A program made the translations under genes and the position numbers. A DNA stretch of 64,000 bases from Geosiphon pyriformis uo1 (Eukaryota > Fungi > Glomeromycota): positions 248,001 to 312,000 of the forward strand of contig JAAOMT010000531.1 in assembly GCA_016748015.1 (NCBI GenBank). The letters are read 5' to 3'. The first letter of the stretch is position 1, and the number at the start of each line of letters is the position of its first letter. A model generated the notes under the pieces. That model worked only from the letters and a program-made list of their open reading frames with translations, was not told where the DNA came from and searched no databases. Below are positions 52,401 through 64,000 of this stretch, piece by piece.

Positions 52401-54095
52401 TTCATATGGTTTGGGAATCATCAAAACCCAAGCTTCTCTCCAAGGGCCAGGGACAGATTCCTCAGACAGGCAAGAGTTCAAAAGCACCAAGAGCATATTA
52501 AGGACTGAAACATCGCAATGTTTTCAAAGCTTATTTGAGATACCCGAAAGGCCAGCAGCTTTGCCATCTGGCAGATTAGAAACAACTCCAAACAATTTGT
52601 CAAAGTCGATCAAACCCATTACACCAGAAAAAGCTTCGTCAAAAACATAACCCAAAGAACGATACTGGCGAGACCACTCATCATTAACATCGAGCACCAC
52701 CCTTCGCTTTCTAGTCCAGCCTTCCATAATCTCATCTACCTTAGACTTCACAGGAGCAGGATCCAACACTATCTCATCTCCCACCACCAAATGATCTAAA
52801 ACCATCTTGCAGAAGGGTCATTCCAAAACACTACATACAGTATGACCTTTATTTAACTCAAAACTCTCTATTCTTTTGTCAACTGCTGACTTGATCTGAG
52901 ATTTTTTTGCACGGTTTGACTCTGACAACTTAGATAAATGGTAAGATTTCCTTATCTTGGCCAAAGCTGAATGAATGGTATCAAAATGAGAACCTGAAAG
53001 AAAGAGAGACTCCACAACAGAAGCATTAGCAGTATCAATTCCCTTCCATGTATCAAGTAGAAAAACAAATTCCTCATGAGAGACCAGACGAGAGGCTTTG
53101 ACAATCTTCAACACCAAAAGTTCTAATTTGTGAAATCTGGATGATACTCTATTATAGACACTGTCAAAACTCTTAAACCATTTTTTTTTGAAAATGTTTT
53201 CAGCCGACAAACACACCACTTGGCGAAGGTGACTCCACATTGTGTCCAGATCCAAACATATCTTGGCAGCATTTGCCGAAGTATCCTCTTTAAACTTGAT
53301 CCAATCGGCATTACCAGCATTCACAAAATTGTACTTCCAGCAATCTTTATTTGCCCGATTGCGCAATGAGTTCAACTGCACATTCAGCAAACCACCAAGA
53401 CCCACGGAGACAGAAACAGCTTTATGATCAGTGTCAAAATACTCTTTGACACCAGATACATCATGACCCAAAATTGCATTAACAAAACTTGACGACACAA
53501 ACACATAATCAATAATTTTAGCCACCCCACGAGAATTATTCCACGTAACTTTCTTTCCAAACACGCTTCCACTCAAAGAGTTGACCAAACCCAAATCAAA
53601 GCATTTTTTTAAGCTGGCACTTTTGCGAGAACCATCTTCATTGAAGTCACCACCCAAGACAATGAAGGAAGACTCATTTACTGTCCTCGTGATCAAAGAA
53701 TTGATATTATCCGTCTGAGAGAAATGTACTGCCAAAGATGATCCAGTATATAGCCCCAAAATTAACACAGACAGCTTATTTTTGAAGAGAAGCTTAATAG
53801 AGAGAAACCGGCCAGGAATGTCTAACACCTTACACACATACTGAGCCAAGAAATTGTTCATAATGATTGCAACTCCAGAACCCATGTGACCAGAACTCAA
53901 ACCAGAAGTAAAAACCCAGATGCCAACAAACTTATTCATAATCCAAGGGCGAACCCTATCTTTCAACTTAGTCTCAGTAACAATTGAAATCATATTGTTC
54001 ATTTCTTTATGCCAACGAAAAATATCCTTTTGTTTTGCAGGATTGTTCATACCCCTAATATTGCACATGGCAATTTTCCAAATATAACTGGTCAT
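49434..54095 (-). pseudogene. LINE ORF2: AP endonuclease, RT, RNase H, CCHC zinc finger (~1550 aa, 7 nonsense codons, no frameshift)
   Basis: NIRG, ETK, GDFN, IDY, TDH (APE); QDMRKVYDSV, QGEVFSPLLW, FVDD (RT); YIDGS, SDSQ, KVKGHSGILGNEHAD (RNase H); CLYCG..DHVFSC. All eight ORF-track fragments share one frame. Confidence 0.95.
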
Positions 54096-55953
54096 TGAGA
54101 TGAGGAGAGGACCAGAGGACCCAAACCAGCACACATCTGTTCTAACTTTACCAAAATCGAACCAATAGAGGCATCGAAAGCAACCAACTTTGATTCTAAA
54201 ACACCAATTTTAGAAGTCAGCACCTTGGAACTGCTATGACCCAATTGAGAATTATTATCGCCAAAAGAGAAAGAAATGGGTTGAGTCAAAGAAACGTCTA
54301 ACACCATGTTGGAATTCAAGTCAGAGTCAGCCACCATGAGAAAACCAGAGACAGACGGTTGAGGAGTATCCACCAGAGGAATCATATTAGAAGGAGGAGC
54401 TAAAGACACCAAACTGAGATTGTCAAAATGAAGAAGAATGTTCGAAATTTGATCAGATAAAAGCTCTACAGAGCATTCCAGACGCGCCAAACATGCACCC
54501 AAGGGGGCATCGACCATAGAGGGAGGGGGAGGGATATTACCAGAACTCGAAGCACCAAAGAGCAGAAAACCAGAACCAGAGCCATCAAGAGAAACATGAG
54601 AGACCAAAGCAACTGAGACCACTTGGGCCCAGAATTTGCCTCCAAAAGCGACAGGACAAAAGATTGGAACCTTCTTTTTAGCATATAATTTGGCCAACTG
54701 GAGATGAGTATCCAAGTTAGCAGGCTTTTTAAAAGATTTGTGTGACTGAGAATCTGATGTAACCTCAGCATCACATTCCAAGGCAGAATGACCGAACTTC
54801 CCATACTGTTCACAGTAAACCAAATCCAACCTAGCCCATGAGAGTTTCACTCCACCCAAGATTGGCTCTGTATGAAAGGCTGATTCCATAGCTTCATCAG
54901 ATTCAAAACATACCACAGCACAGCGTGTTCTGTTGCCAGTCTTCAATGAATAATTGATGACACAAGTTTTCCCACCAGCCCCTTCCAAAAGATTTCCAAG
55001 GTCATGAGTTATTGTTCTCACTAGCAAAGTGAACAAAAGTGCCCTGAATTGATCCCTAAAAGCCCATGTCTCATGATCTCCCACAGCCTTGGCCACATGC
55101 ACAGAATCTTTCCCAATTAGGAAAGACCATTTTGACACCAACAGATTAGCCTGGCTAGATTTGGCAAACTTCACCACAGCCTTCTGCCATAGCCCAATTA
55201 ATTGAACTTTGATAGACACTATCTGACCATACTCGGATACTGCGGCGATGATCATTTCCTTTGGTGTGTTCATGGGAATTTCTTTGATTACTACGGCCCG
55301 ATTTGAGCAAATTCCTTGTTTCTCAAAATCACTGTTTACTATAATGTTATTTTCCTTGGCCAATAATACAGTCTTTTCCATGCTCTCTTATGAAGTAAAT
55401 GTCGATCTGATGATCCTTTCAAATTTTGAGAGTGTAGTGGCCCCCCCAAAACCATTGATTTTTGAAAACAATTTTCTGATCAATTGAGTTTTTACAGTCA
55501 CCGATTTGCCTTCTACAGCCAAGAGATTAATATCTAATGCAAAGGATTTCTTAACAGCAACTTCCACTTGAGATTTAACAATCTTGGGATCCAATCACAT
55601 TTTTTCTAAAGGAATACCAAGAAGGGGGGAGAGAGGACTGCCATCATCATCATTCATGTTGTAATCTAACGAACCAAGAGGGGAGCCACAGTCCAAATTA
55701 TTCTTAACTCTCTTTGTCTTAGGAGTAGTTGCAGTTGAGCCAAAAAGAGAACCATTATTGCCACCAGCAACACTGTCACCAGAATCACTTTCCATATCCG
55801 AGTATTGACTCTCATCAGAAATAGTTTGGCCAAAACAGCTTTGTTTCTATCACCAGACTGATCCATATGGCGAAGGAAAATTCTTTTTTTTTGAGAGGAG
55901 GGACCACCAACAGAACCAAAAGAAGCACCAACAGGAGCTTTCTTATTTGACAT
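54092..55953 (-). pseudogene. LINE ORF1: RRM-like domains, zinc knuckle, C-terminal coiled coil
   Basis: AVVIKEIP...SEYGQIVSIKV...KAVVKF and CAVVCF (RRM-like); CEQYGKFGHSALEC, which reads CGRCEFFGHSALEC in the 63025 copy. Two stops and one frameshift. Confidence 0.85.
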
Positions 55954-56924
55954 ACTACTGCCAAAAGCAGCTTCTGAGTCCACAATAAAAGGATTATTTG
56001 TAAGAGAAATGTTGAGATACAGCAAGTGAAAAACAAAAAACTACTTTCAAAATATGACTCTTTTTTAGGAATTTGGGATGAAAGAGAGAAAGAATTTTTT
56101 ATATTTTTTATTATTATTTATTAAAATATAATTAATTTAAAAAAAAATGTTCAAAATATTTAAAATATACTGAATTACAGCTTAATTAAATCTTAACTAA
56201 ATTATATTATTAATAAAAACATTAATAATAAGAAATAATATTATATCTATTTGAACTTTGATTTATTTTATCATAACAAATCTAAAATTAATTCTATAAC
56301 TACATATACTTTTTTGTTTTTTAACTTTGCACAAAAAAAATCATAAAAGATATATTAAAAAAAAGAAAAAAAAATTTTATCTTAATCCAATTTATTATAA
56401 ATACAATAGCTATTTAACAAATTAAAATTAATTATAATCCAGTTAACTTAAAAAATCATATATTTTGTATATATCTTGCAAAATTAATCAAAGTTTATGA
56501 TTTTTTTTAAAATATTTTTTATTACTAATTTAATAATAAATATAGAAAACTGTATTGTTATATCTTTTAATACTAAAAAATTATTATTACAAAAAACATT
56601 AAACTTATTATATACCAAAAAAATTCTGTTAGACAAAATTTTGGAAAAAAATATTCAAGTTATTTTAATTAGAATAATAAATTATGTGTTTATTAAAATG
56701 TCTTTTTATTTATATAATTTAAGAATTATTAAAACTCAGGCCTTTTTTTAAGATTAAAAACAAATTTATATATTAAACAAAAGTTTATAAAATTTAAAAA
56801 CATGTCTATTACTACTTTGTTATAATGTTTTTACAACTTATTTAAAATATCAGAAAAACCAGTTGTATTTTTATCAAGCAAATTTATTATTATACTTAAT
56901 AATTTACCAAAACTGATAAGATAT

Positions 56925-58843
56925 TATTATCTAAATAAAAAAACCAATCTAAAGCTATAAAAAAAACGTAATTAATATATAATAATATAAAAAAATATAA
57001 TAATACAAAATAACACAAAATAATAAATAATAATTGAGAATAATACAAAATAATATACAATAATATAAAATAGTACAGAATAATTAGTTATAATATAGTA
57101 TAATTAAGTATAGCATAAAAAAACAAAGCAATAACAGAGATAGTAAGTAATGGTTAGTAATAACAAATAATTAAAAGTAATCTTGTAAAACTAGAGAATA
57201 TGTATAAAAATAAGTAGTTTTAGCAGATAAAAAAAAGAAAAAAGAAAACAAAAACCTATTTTTTTAAGCATATCTTAACTTTAAACTTAATAAAATTCTT
57301 TTATCTTACTTTTTTTATATTTTTTTATTTACTATTAAATAAAAATATTATTTAATTTATTTGTATATAATTACAGAATCTGTATTGTTAAAATTAAATT
57401 AATCGTTTTTTTTACTTTTATTTTAAATCAAATACTATTAATATAAACAGCTTTAGAATTCTAATAACTTGAACCAATTGTTTTTAATTATGGTAATTAA
57501 CAATATTAATTTTTTTCTCTTTTTTTTAATTTAATTTAATTTTTTTTTTTTGATTTTCTTTTTTTTTATGAAGTAACAACAAAAAAATTTAACTATCTAA
57601 AAATAGACTTTATAATAGTTTGGTGTTATTTATAAAAATTTAAGAATTTTTTAATAAGAATATAAAGTAGCCAATTAGAGATAGGTGTAATAAGAGAGAA
57701 ATTTTAGGATTTCTCTTAAAGAATTGCAAAATTCCAAAATTTTCAAAATTTTTCTTAAGAAATTAAAAGATTTTAGGATTTCTAGGATTTCTGGCTAAAA
57801 AAATTAAAGAAATTTAAGAAATCTTATATAACAGTAATTATGTATATAAAGCGAAAATGTTAGAAACAGAAAAAACAGAATCTATTTTAGAATTAATACT
57901 AACAACTCGTTAATTATTCTATACCTCTTTTTTTAAATATAGTTTCTACAACTTAAAATAAAATCAAATTAAATATTAATAAAATATCAATTATTATCTG
58001 AATTTATATTATTATTACTTAATTAAAGAAATATTAATCATTTTTATTCTATTAATATTCTATGTTAATAGAATCCAATACTTAACTATACTAGACCAAT
58101 AATTCTTAATTATGATTATTAATGGAATACTAATTTTTTATTTTTTATTTTATTTTATTTTGTTTATTGGCTTACTAATTGATTAAAGAAATTAAGTGCT
58201 GAGTATTTTGACATTAAAAATAGCCTGATAAAAGACTCATAAAACAAAAGTATAGAACTCATAAAATTAAGAATAGCTTACTAAAAAAACAACACTGCCA
58301 ACAAAACTGGCCACCATGTTGAGAAAAAAATTTATGGAAAGATCTTCTGAGATAAGTACTAAAACAACTATTAAATTTTTGTTTATTATACAAAGAACTC
58401 AACCAAAATCTTCCAATTATGAAAACCTTCAAATATTACCAATAATTACCAGTTATTAAGTACCAAGTTACAGGTTTGTTATTTGTATTAACACCCCAAA
58501 TAATTACCTGTAATACTGGTAAAAAAAAGCTTTTTTTAAGTTTAGATATTAATTTTATCTTGTTAACTTATTAAAAAAGCAAAAAGACAATATTAGATCT
58601 TAACAATTGTACTAAATTAGCTTGGAAAAGATAGTTTAAATCTAATTTTACAAACTGCCAAAATACATTTTTGTGTCTTATAACCAAAAAACTCTATAAG
58701 TAAATTTATATATAGTAAAAACTTTTAAAGATTAATAAATTTTAACACACTTTTTATGCAATTAAAAAAATTTTTACAGCTCTCTTATTCAAATTTAAAG
58801 CACCAAACATTATTATAATATCTTATTTAACTTATTTGTAATA
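56925..58843. mobile_element. Probable solo LTR family D (~1.0 kb after removing nested LTR) with 10-bp tandem repeats
   Basis: Interrupts the host LINE RT region, which resumes at 58844. Decayed TGTTA/TAACA ends, TSD ATAT/ACAC, and a TAATACAAAA-like 10-mer array at 56990-57090. Confidence 0.55.
57624..58515 (+). mobile_element. Solo LTR family A'
   Basis: TGTTATTTATAAAAA...CCCCAAATAATTACCTGTAA(t)A; TSD TTGG/CTGG; the 3' half aligns to LTR A. Confidence 0.85.
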
Positions 58844-60991
58844 ACACATAACACCAGAAAAAATATTATTAGCAATATAAATTAATAGAAAATACTGTTA
58901 ATATTACTTTTTAAATACTTTTTTCAATTTTCCATAATCATATTTATCTTAAAATTAACCAATTTAGACTTCAATATCTGTTTTTTATTAATTATTAAAT
59001 AATTTAAAACCACTTTGTAAAAGAGATGTTTTAAGATACTTTAACTTATATGGCTTTTATTTATCTTAAAATTTTTTATTTTTTTATTAATAATAAATTT
59101 AATACATATTTTTTTAGTATGCTAAGATTTTGTTATTTTCAAAACCTAGTAAAACTTCTTAATATTTGATAAAACAGACCAAATAATATTAAAATTAGCA
59201 CTTAAATCAACAAAAACTATTATTTAAAAGCATTATTAATATTAAAAAAAAACCAGAGTTTTAAAAGCAAATTAAACATATTACTTGGTACTTAACAAAA
59301 AGTTTTAATCAACTTAAAAACCAAAATTTCCAATTTATAAAAACGAAATAAAAATTTAGTAAAAATATTGTTATAATTTTTAAATTAGATCTTAAAAAAT
59401 ATTTTATTTACTAAAAGACAGATTACTTTTTAAATAATATCTTATATTTTATTTATATCAAAAATTTTTTTTACAATAACAAAATTATTAATATACATAA
59501 TAGTAGTATTAAGTACTAATACTTTAAATAAGCTTTATTTTATTTTATTAACACTTTTAATATTAAATTTCTAATTTTTATTGACTTAAATATAAACAAA
59601 TCTTAAAACAAGATTTAAAAGACTACTAAGACCAATAGTAATATGAATAGCAATGTAATTAATATCAAAGAATTTGTTTACAACTATAATTTTTTTAACA
59701 ATTAATGTATTTACAAAGTTAAGTAAAACAAAAATAAAATTAATAGTTTTTATAATACTTTTGAAATTTTTTTATATAAAAATCTTAACAAAAAAGCTAT
59801 TAACTAGATATTTCTAAAACTTATATTGTATTTTATACTATTTTTATTAAAATTACCTCCTAAAATAACAAAAATATTATTATTAAATGCTTTAACTATA
59901 AAAAAGTTGATAATAAATGTCTAATTTAAATGTTTTTTCAAAAATACATCTGTATATAACTTAGCACAAAAACTAATTATTTGTTTTTAAACAATAAATA
60001 AATTACTATTAGTCTATTAGAAATCTTTAAAAATTTTAAAACATGCTTAGTTAAATGTTTACTTACAATTAAAATAATACTAATACTCAAATATTCTAAA
60101 TTCAAACAAGAAATAAATATTTTTACACTTATAAATTTATTAACAATTCATAATTTAACAATAAAATAAAGCTTAGTTTTAGTAATAATTAAAATATTAT
60201 TTTTCAATTTTTTATGCTACTTAATAATATTATTTTGTTTGGCAGAAACATTTATTTTTTTAATATTATATATAATTATTTTTTAAGTTAAACTACTTAT
60301 TAAATAAAAAATTTTAGTTTATTCAAGATTGTCTTAATTAAACTCTTTAAAATTATTATATTGGCTTTTAAATTACCAAAATTAGCAGTCTGAATTTTAA
60401 ATCTATTAAAAAAAACATTTTTTAATATGGCAGCAATATTTGGTAAAGTTTAAAAAATTTGTAATAGCACATTAGTAGTCAAATTTAATTTTGGCTTAAC
60501 AAATTGTGTAAACAATATTTTAGCACTCAAAAAAAACATTAATAAACAAAAAGTATCCAATTTATAAAAAATTTCGATCATATAATCTATTAAAAATTCC
60601 AAAAAATATTTTAAAACATCTAATTAAGAAAATAAATTTAAAGTTATAAAAACATTATTAAGCTTATTAAGTAAAGATTTTACCAAAAAAATACCAGTTA
60701 ATAACATAAACAAAAAACTATTTAAGACACTAATTATTGCAAAAGCCCAAATAACATTACCAAAAAACACTAAATAAAAAATTAGAACTTGGTTTTTTAT
60801 ATAAATAAAGGCAAAATACTTTTTGTTAAAATCAAAAAATTTTTTTTTTTTAATTTTGACTAAAAAATTTTAAACTTGGCTTACAAACATTAGAAATGTA
60901 ATTATATTTTTTATATTTAGTGTACACAAAATTAATAATTTAGTTCAGATTAGATTAATATTTTTAAAAACCAAAATTTAATAAATAATAA

Positions 60992-61950
60992 TATTACTGA
61001 TAATTTTTTTGTTTTTTTTTGAATGTGATTAATATTATTTTGCTGTTTAATTCTACTGTTAATTAAAATTAATAAATTTTTAATAAGTTAATTTCTTTTT
61101 TAAAGTATTTTCTATACTTTGAACTATATATACTGTTGGATTTATAATAAAATAACCAATTTTATACCAATTACTTATATAGTTACTTTGTGATAAAAGT
61201 TAATTTTTTTTATAAAAAAATTTTATTTGTAAGCTTTTTAAAATATGTGTAGTTATTTTGCTATAAAAATCAACTTTTTTACAAAAAATTTCGATTGTAG
61301 ACTATTTAATAAATTAAAGAAAAAAAATAAAAAAAATATTAAGAAAGTTGTTTTAAATCTAAACTTAAAAATCATTAACAATTACTAAAATTGATAACTA
61401 ATTAATTTCAAAATATTAATATAAAATAATTAATTGTAAAGTAATAATAACTAAAAAAGTTTATGTTTTTTAAAGTAAGTTTTTATTCAATTTAATTTGT
61501 AAAAAAGGTTATTTTAAGAAAAAATATCTTAAACTGAGACAATTAATTCTAATTAAAATATATTTTTTTAAAAAAAAACTCTTTTTTTATATAACTTATT
61601 ATAATTTTATTCTATAATCTAGCATTTTTTTTTAATAATTAGTAAACAAAAAATATATTTTATTAAAATACAAGTTGTTTTTACAAACTATGAGTTATTT
61701 TAATAAACTGTTAAATATTTTATCATATTTTAGCAAACTTTAACTGTTATATAATTTAGTGTATTATATAATCTAATTATTATAATTTGGTTATATTTGT
61801 GTTTTATATAAATCAGATTATTAATTAAATAATAATTCAAATAATTTGATAAAATAATAAGTAATAAATTGAAATAATAATATATGCTAATTAATAATAA
61901 AATTATGAAAATAATTTTATGTTAATTAATAGTTCAAATTTTAATTAACA
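60992..61950 (-). mobile_element. Solo LTR family B, strongly decayed
   Basis: Collinear with 17498-18470 (e.g. agttactttgtgataaaagt, ataataatatatgctaattaata). TSD not resolved; ends approximate. Confidence 0.75.
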
Positions 61951-61959
61951 ATATAATTT

Positions 61960-64000
61960 TAAAAAACTTCTTTCTTTTTTACCTCCAAAAATCCTCAAAA
62001 AGTGCATTTTCTATAAAAAGAAGTTTTTTTGTTTTTTTTAGTCTATATCAATATTTCTTTACCTAATAATAACCCATTTTTTGTGAATATAAAGGCTACT
62101 GCTAGTAGCACCACATCTAAAAAGAAGACTCTTAAGGGCGCTTTTCATGGTTCTGCTGGTGGTTTTTTTTCTCAAAAAAAGAGAGTTGTTCTTGGCAATG
62201 TCAAACACTCTGGTAATGAAAAAAATATATTCTTAAACAAATCTGGATCTGATAATAGTGTTTATTCTAATATAGAAAGTCTATTTAGTGAGAATAAGAA
62301 TGTTAGCATGTCTGGTGTAAATTATAGATATCTTTTAGGCTTAGCTGCTACTACACCCAAGACAAAATGAGTCAACACTAGTGCTGTTTTTGGTTTTCCA
62401 CTTGGCTTTCCCAACTTTCATATGGATAATAATGAAGTTGTACTCCCTTCTTGCTTGTTTATCTCTCTTGACAAGAAGTGAATTGACCCAAAAATTATCA
62501 AAACTCCTGTGGAGGTGTCAATTAAAAAGTCATTACTTTGAATATTAATCTCTCAGCTGTGAAAGGTACATCAGAAATGGTAAAAACTCAGTTAATTATG
62601 AAAATTTTTTCAACAGTCAATGGTATTGGGGGCCTTAAAATTTGAAAGGATTATCTGATCTATCTTCACTTTTGAAAAAAGCATGGAAATGGCCACTTTA
62701 TTGGCCAAAGAAAAGGGAATTGACATAAACAGTAATCTCAAAAGACAAGGAATCCATTCAGATCAGGCTGTGATCATCAAAGAAATTCCCATGGACACAT
62801 CAAAAAAAATAATCATCACTGCATTAGTTGAGTTTGGCAAAATTAAGTCAATCAAAATTCAACTGATTGGAATGTAGCAAAAAGCTGTGGTAGAATTTGC
62901 TGAACTAAATCAGACTAACCAATTGGCTGCTAAATAGTCCTTTTTGATTGAAAAAATTTCTGTGGGAGTAGCTATGGCTATGGGAGATTGTGAAACATAG
63001 ACATTAAGAGATCAGTTTAAGACTTTGTTGTTTACTTTGCCTGTGAGAATAACTGTTCATGATTTGAGCACTCTTTTGAAAGGAGCTGATAGGAAAACCT
63101 GTATTATAAATTGTTCATTGAATTCTGGCAATAGGATTTGCTGTGCTGTAATTGGCTTTGAATTTGAGAATGCAATGAAAACTGCATATTGTACTAAGTC
63201 AATATTTGGTGGTGTCAAACTTTTTTGGACTAGACTGAATTTGGTTTATTGTGGAAGGTGTGAGTTTTTTGGTCATTCTGCTTTGGAATGTGGTGTACCA
63301 CTTGCATTCATTTCTAAGTCTTCAAAAATGGCTAAAAAAGCCACCTCAGAGGAACATTGTCTTTGATTAACTAAGTTGTATGCAAAGAAAACTGTCCTTA
63401 TCTTCTGTTCTGCTGCCTTTGGTGGCAAGTCATGGGTGCAAGTTGTGTTACTCAATTCTTTTTCTAATGGTTTTCCATCTTACATGGTTTCTTTGATGTC
63501 TTTTAGTAATGGTTTGTCTCCTAATGTTAGGAATTTTTTGGTGATTTCTACTTCCCCTGGTGAATCTGCTTTATGTAACCATTTGTCTTCTCTGGAGTGC
63601 TTTTTGAAGCTTTTGGTAGACCAAGTTTCTGATATTTTGAGAAAGTTGAGCTACATTGAGTTGGTGCCTTTGGTGTCCTCATCTCTTGTCCTTTCTTCTG
63701 TTGCTTCTATATCTTTGGTGGCAGACATGAATTCAGATATGACATTGGATGATGCTTTAATTGACCCCATTCCTTTTTTTGTGGTTGTTACTGATGTGGT
63801 TGCTAACATTAGTTTAAGTAGTTCTAAGGTTCTGACCACTAAGATGGGAGGTTTGAAATCCAAGATGGTGGCTTTGGAGGTGTCAGTTGAGTCAGTTTTA
63901 GAGAAGTTGGATCAATTGTGTTCTGGTTTGGGTTTGTTAATTCTTCCTATTTCTCAATGAGTAATTTAGTTTAGAAATTTGCTACATGTAATATTAGAAG
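61960..64000 (+). mobile_element. 5' part of a LINE (5'UTR, ORF1 ~62085-63960, start of ORF2 at 63957), continues beyond window
   Basis: ORF1 fragments are homologous to 54092-55953; ATGA junction at 63957-63960 followed by KFATCNIR. Confidence 0.92.

Larger units (their letters stand above)
49302..56105 (-). mobile_element. Youngest full-length LINE (L1/Tx1-like APE element with RNase H)
   Basis: Pyrimidine-rich 5'UTR, ORF1, ORF2, structured 3'UTR, (TAA)n tail and 14-bp TSD TTTTATTATTATTT (49288-49301 / 56106-56119). Confidence 0.95.
23181..60990 (-). mobile_element. Old LINE that is the root of nest 2 (pieces 23181-23688, 27948-28306, 46857-47357, 48329-49301, 56106-56924, 58844-~60990)
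   Basis: The pieces join at TSDs and read in order 3'UTR, Zn finger, RNase H (ORF 47128-47340), RT (49010-49246), linker, APE, ORF1. Confidence 0.75.

Noticed and set aside
49434-54095. Alternative genetic code or stop-codon readthrough explaining in-frame stops
   Set aside because: All three stop types occur, replace different residues (W, Q, R) and differ between copies. Host genes use the standard code.
55960-56105. Self-cleaving ribozyme in the LINE 5'UTR
   Set aside because: No HDV-like or hammerhead core could be identified by eye; an Infernal search would be needed.

Overview
Eukaryotic, very AT-rich fungal DNA. Gene and TE families look like Glomeromycotina/Geosiphon-type sequence, which is inferred from recall and not searched. 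Host genes occupy two small CpG-containing islands. The first (1-4.3 kb) has the end of an unknown CDS, a spliced SAM-dependent methyltransferase and tRNA-Pro(CGG). The second (19.8-22.4 kb) has mitochondrial bL36m convergent with an RsfS/Iojap/Atp25-family gene. Nearly everything else is transposon DNA in two nested stacks that can be reconstructed from target-site duplications (TSDs). These contain at least seven copies of an APE-RT-RNaseH-Zn-finger LINE family in different states of decay, one full-length Ty3/Gypsy element, about eight solo LTRs of about four families, and a cargo-carrying pogo/Tigger DNA transposon. The Gypsy element carries a Cys-rich insert, a dUTPase between PR and RT, and an extra ORF3 before the PPT. 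All repeats show a nearly pure C>T/G>A mutation spectrum, at CpG and also non-CpG sites, while host genes keep their CpGs. This RIP-like, repeat-restricted decay turns old elements into the AT deserts seen here. Counts are by eye.
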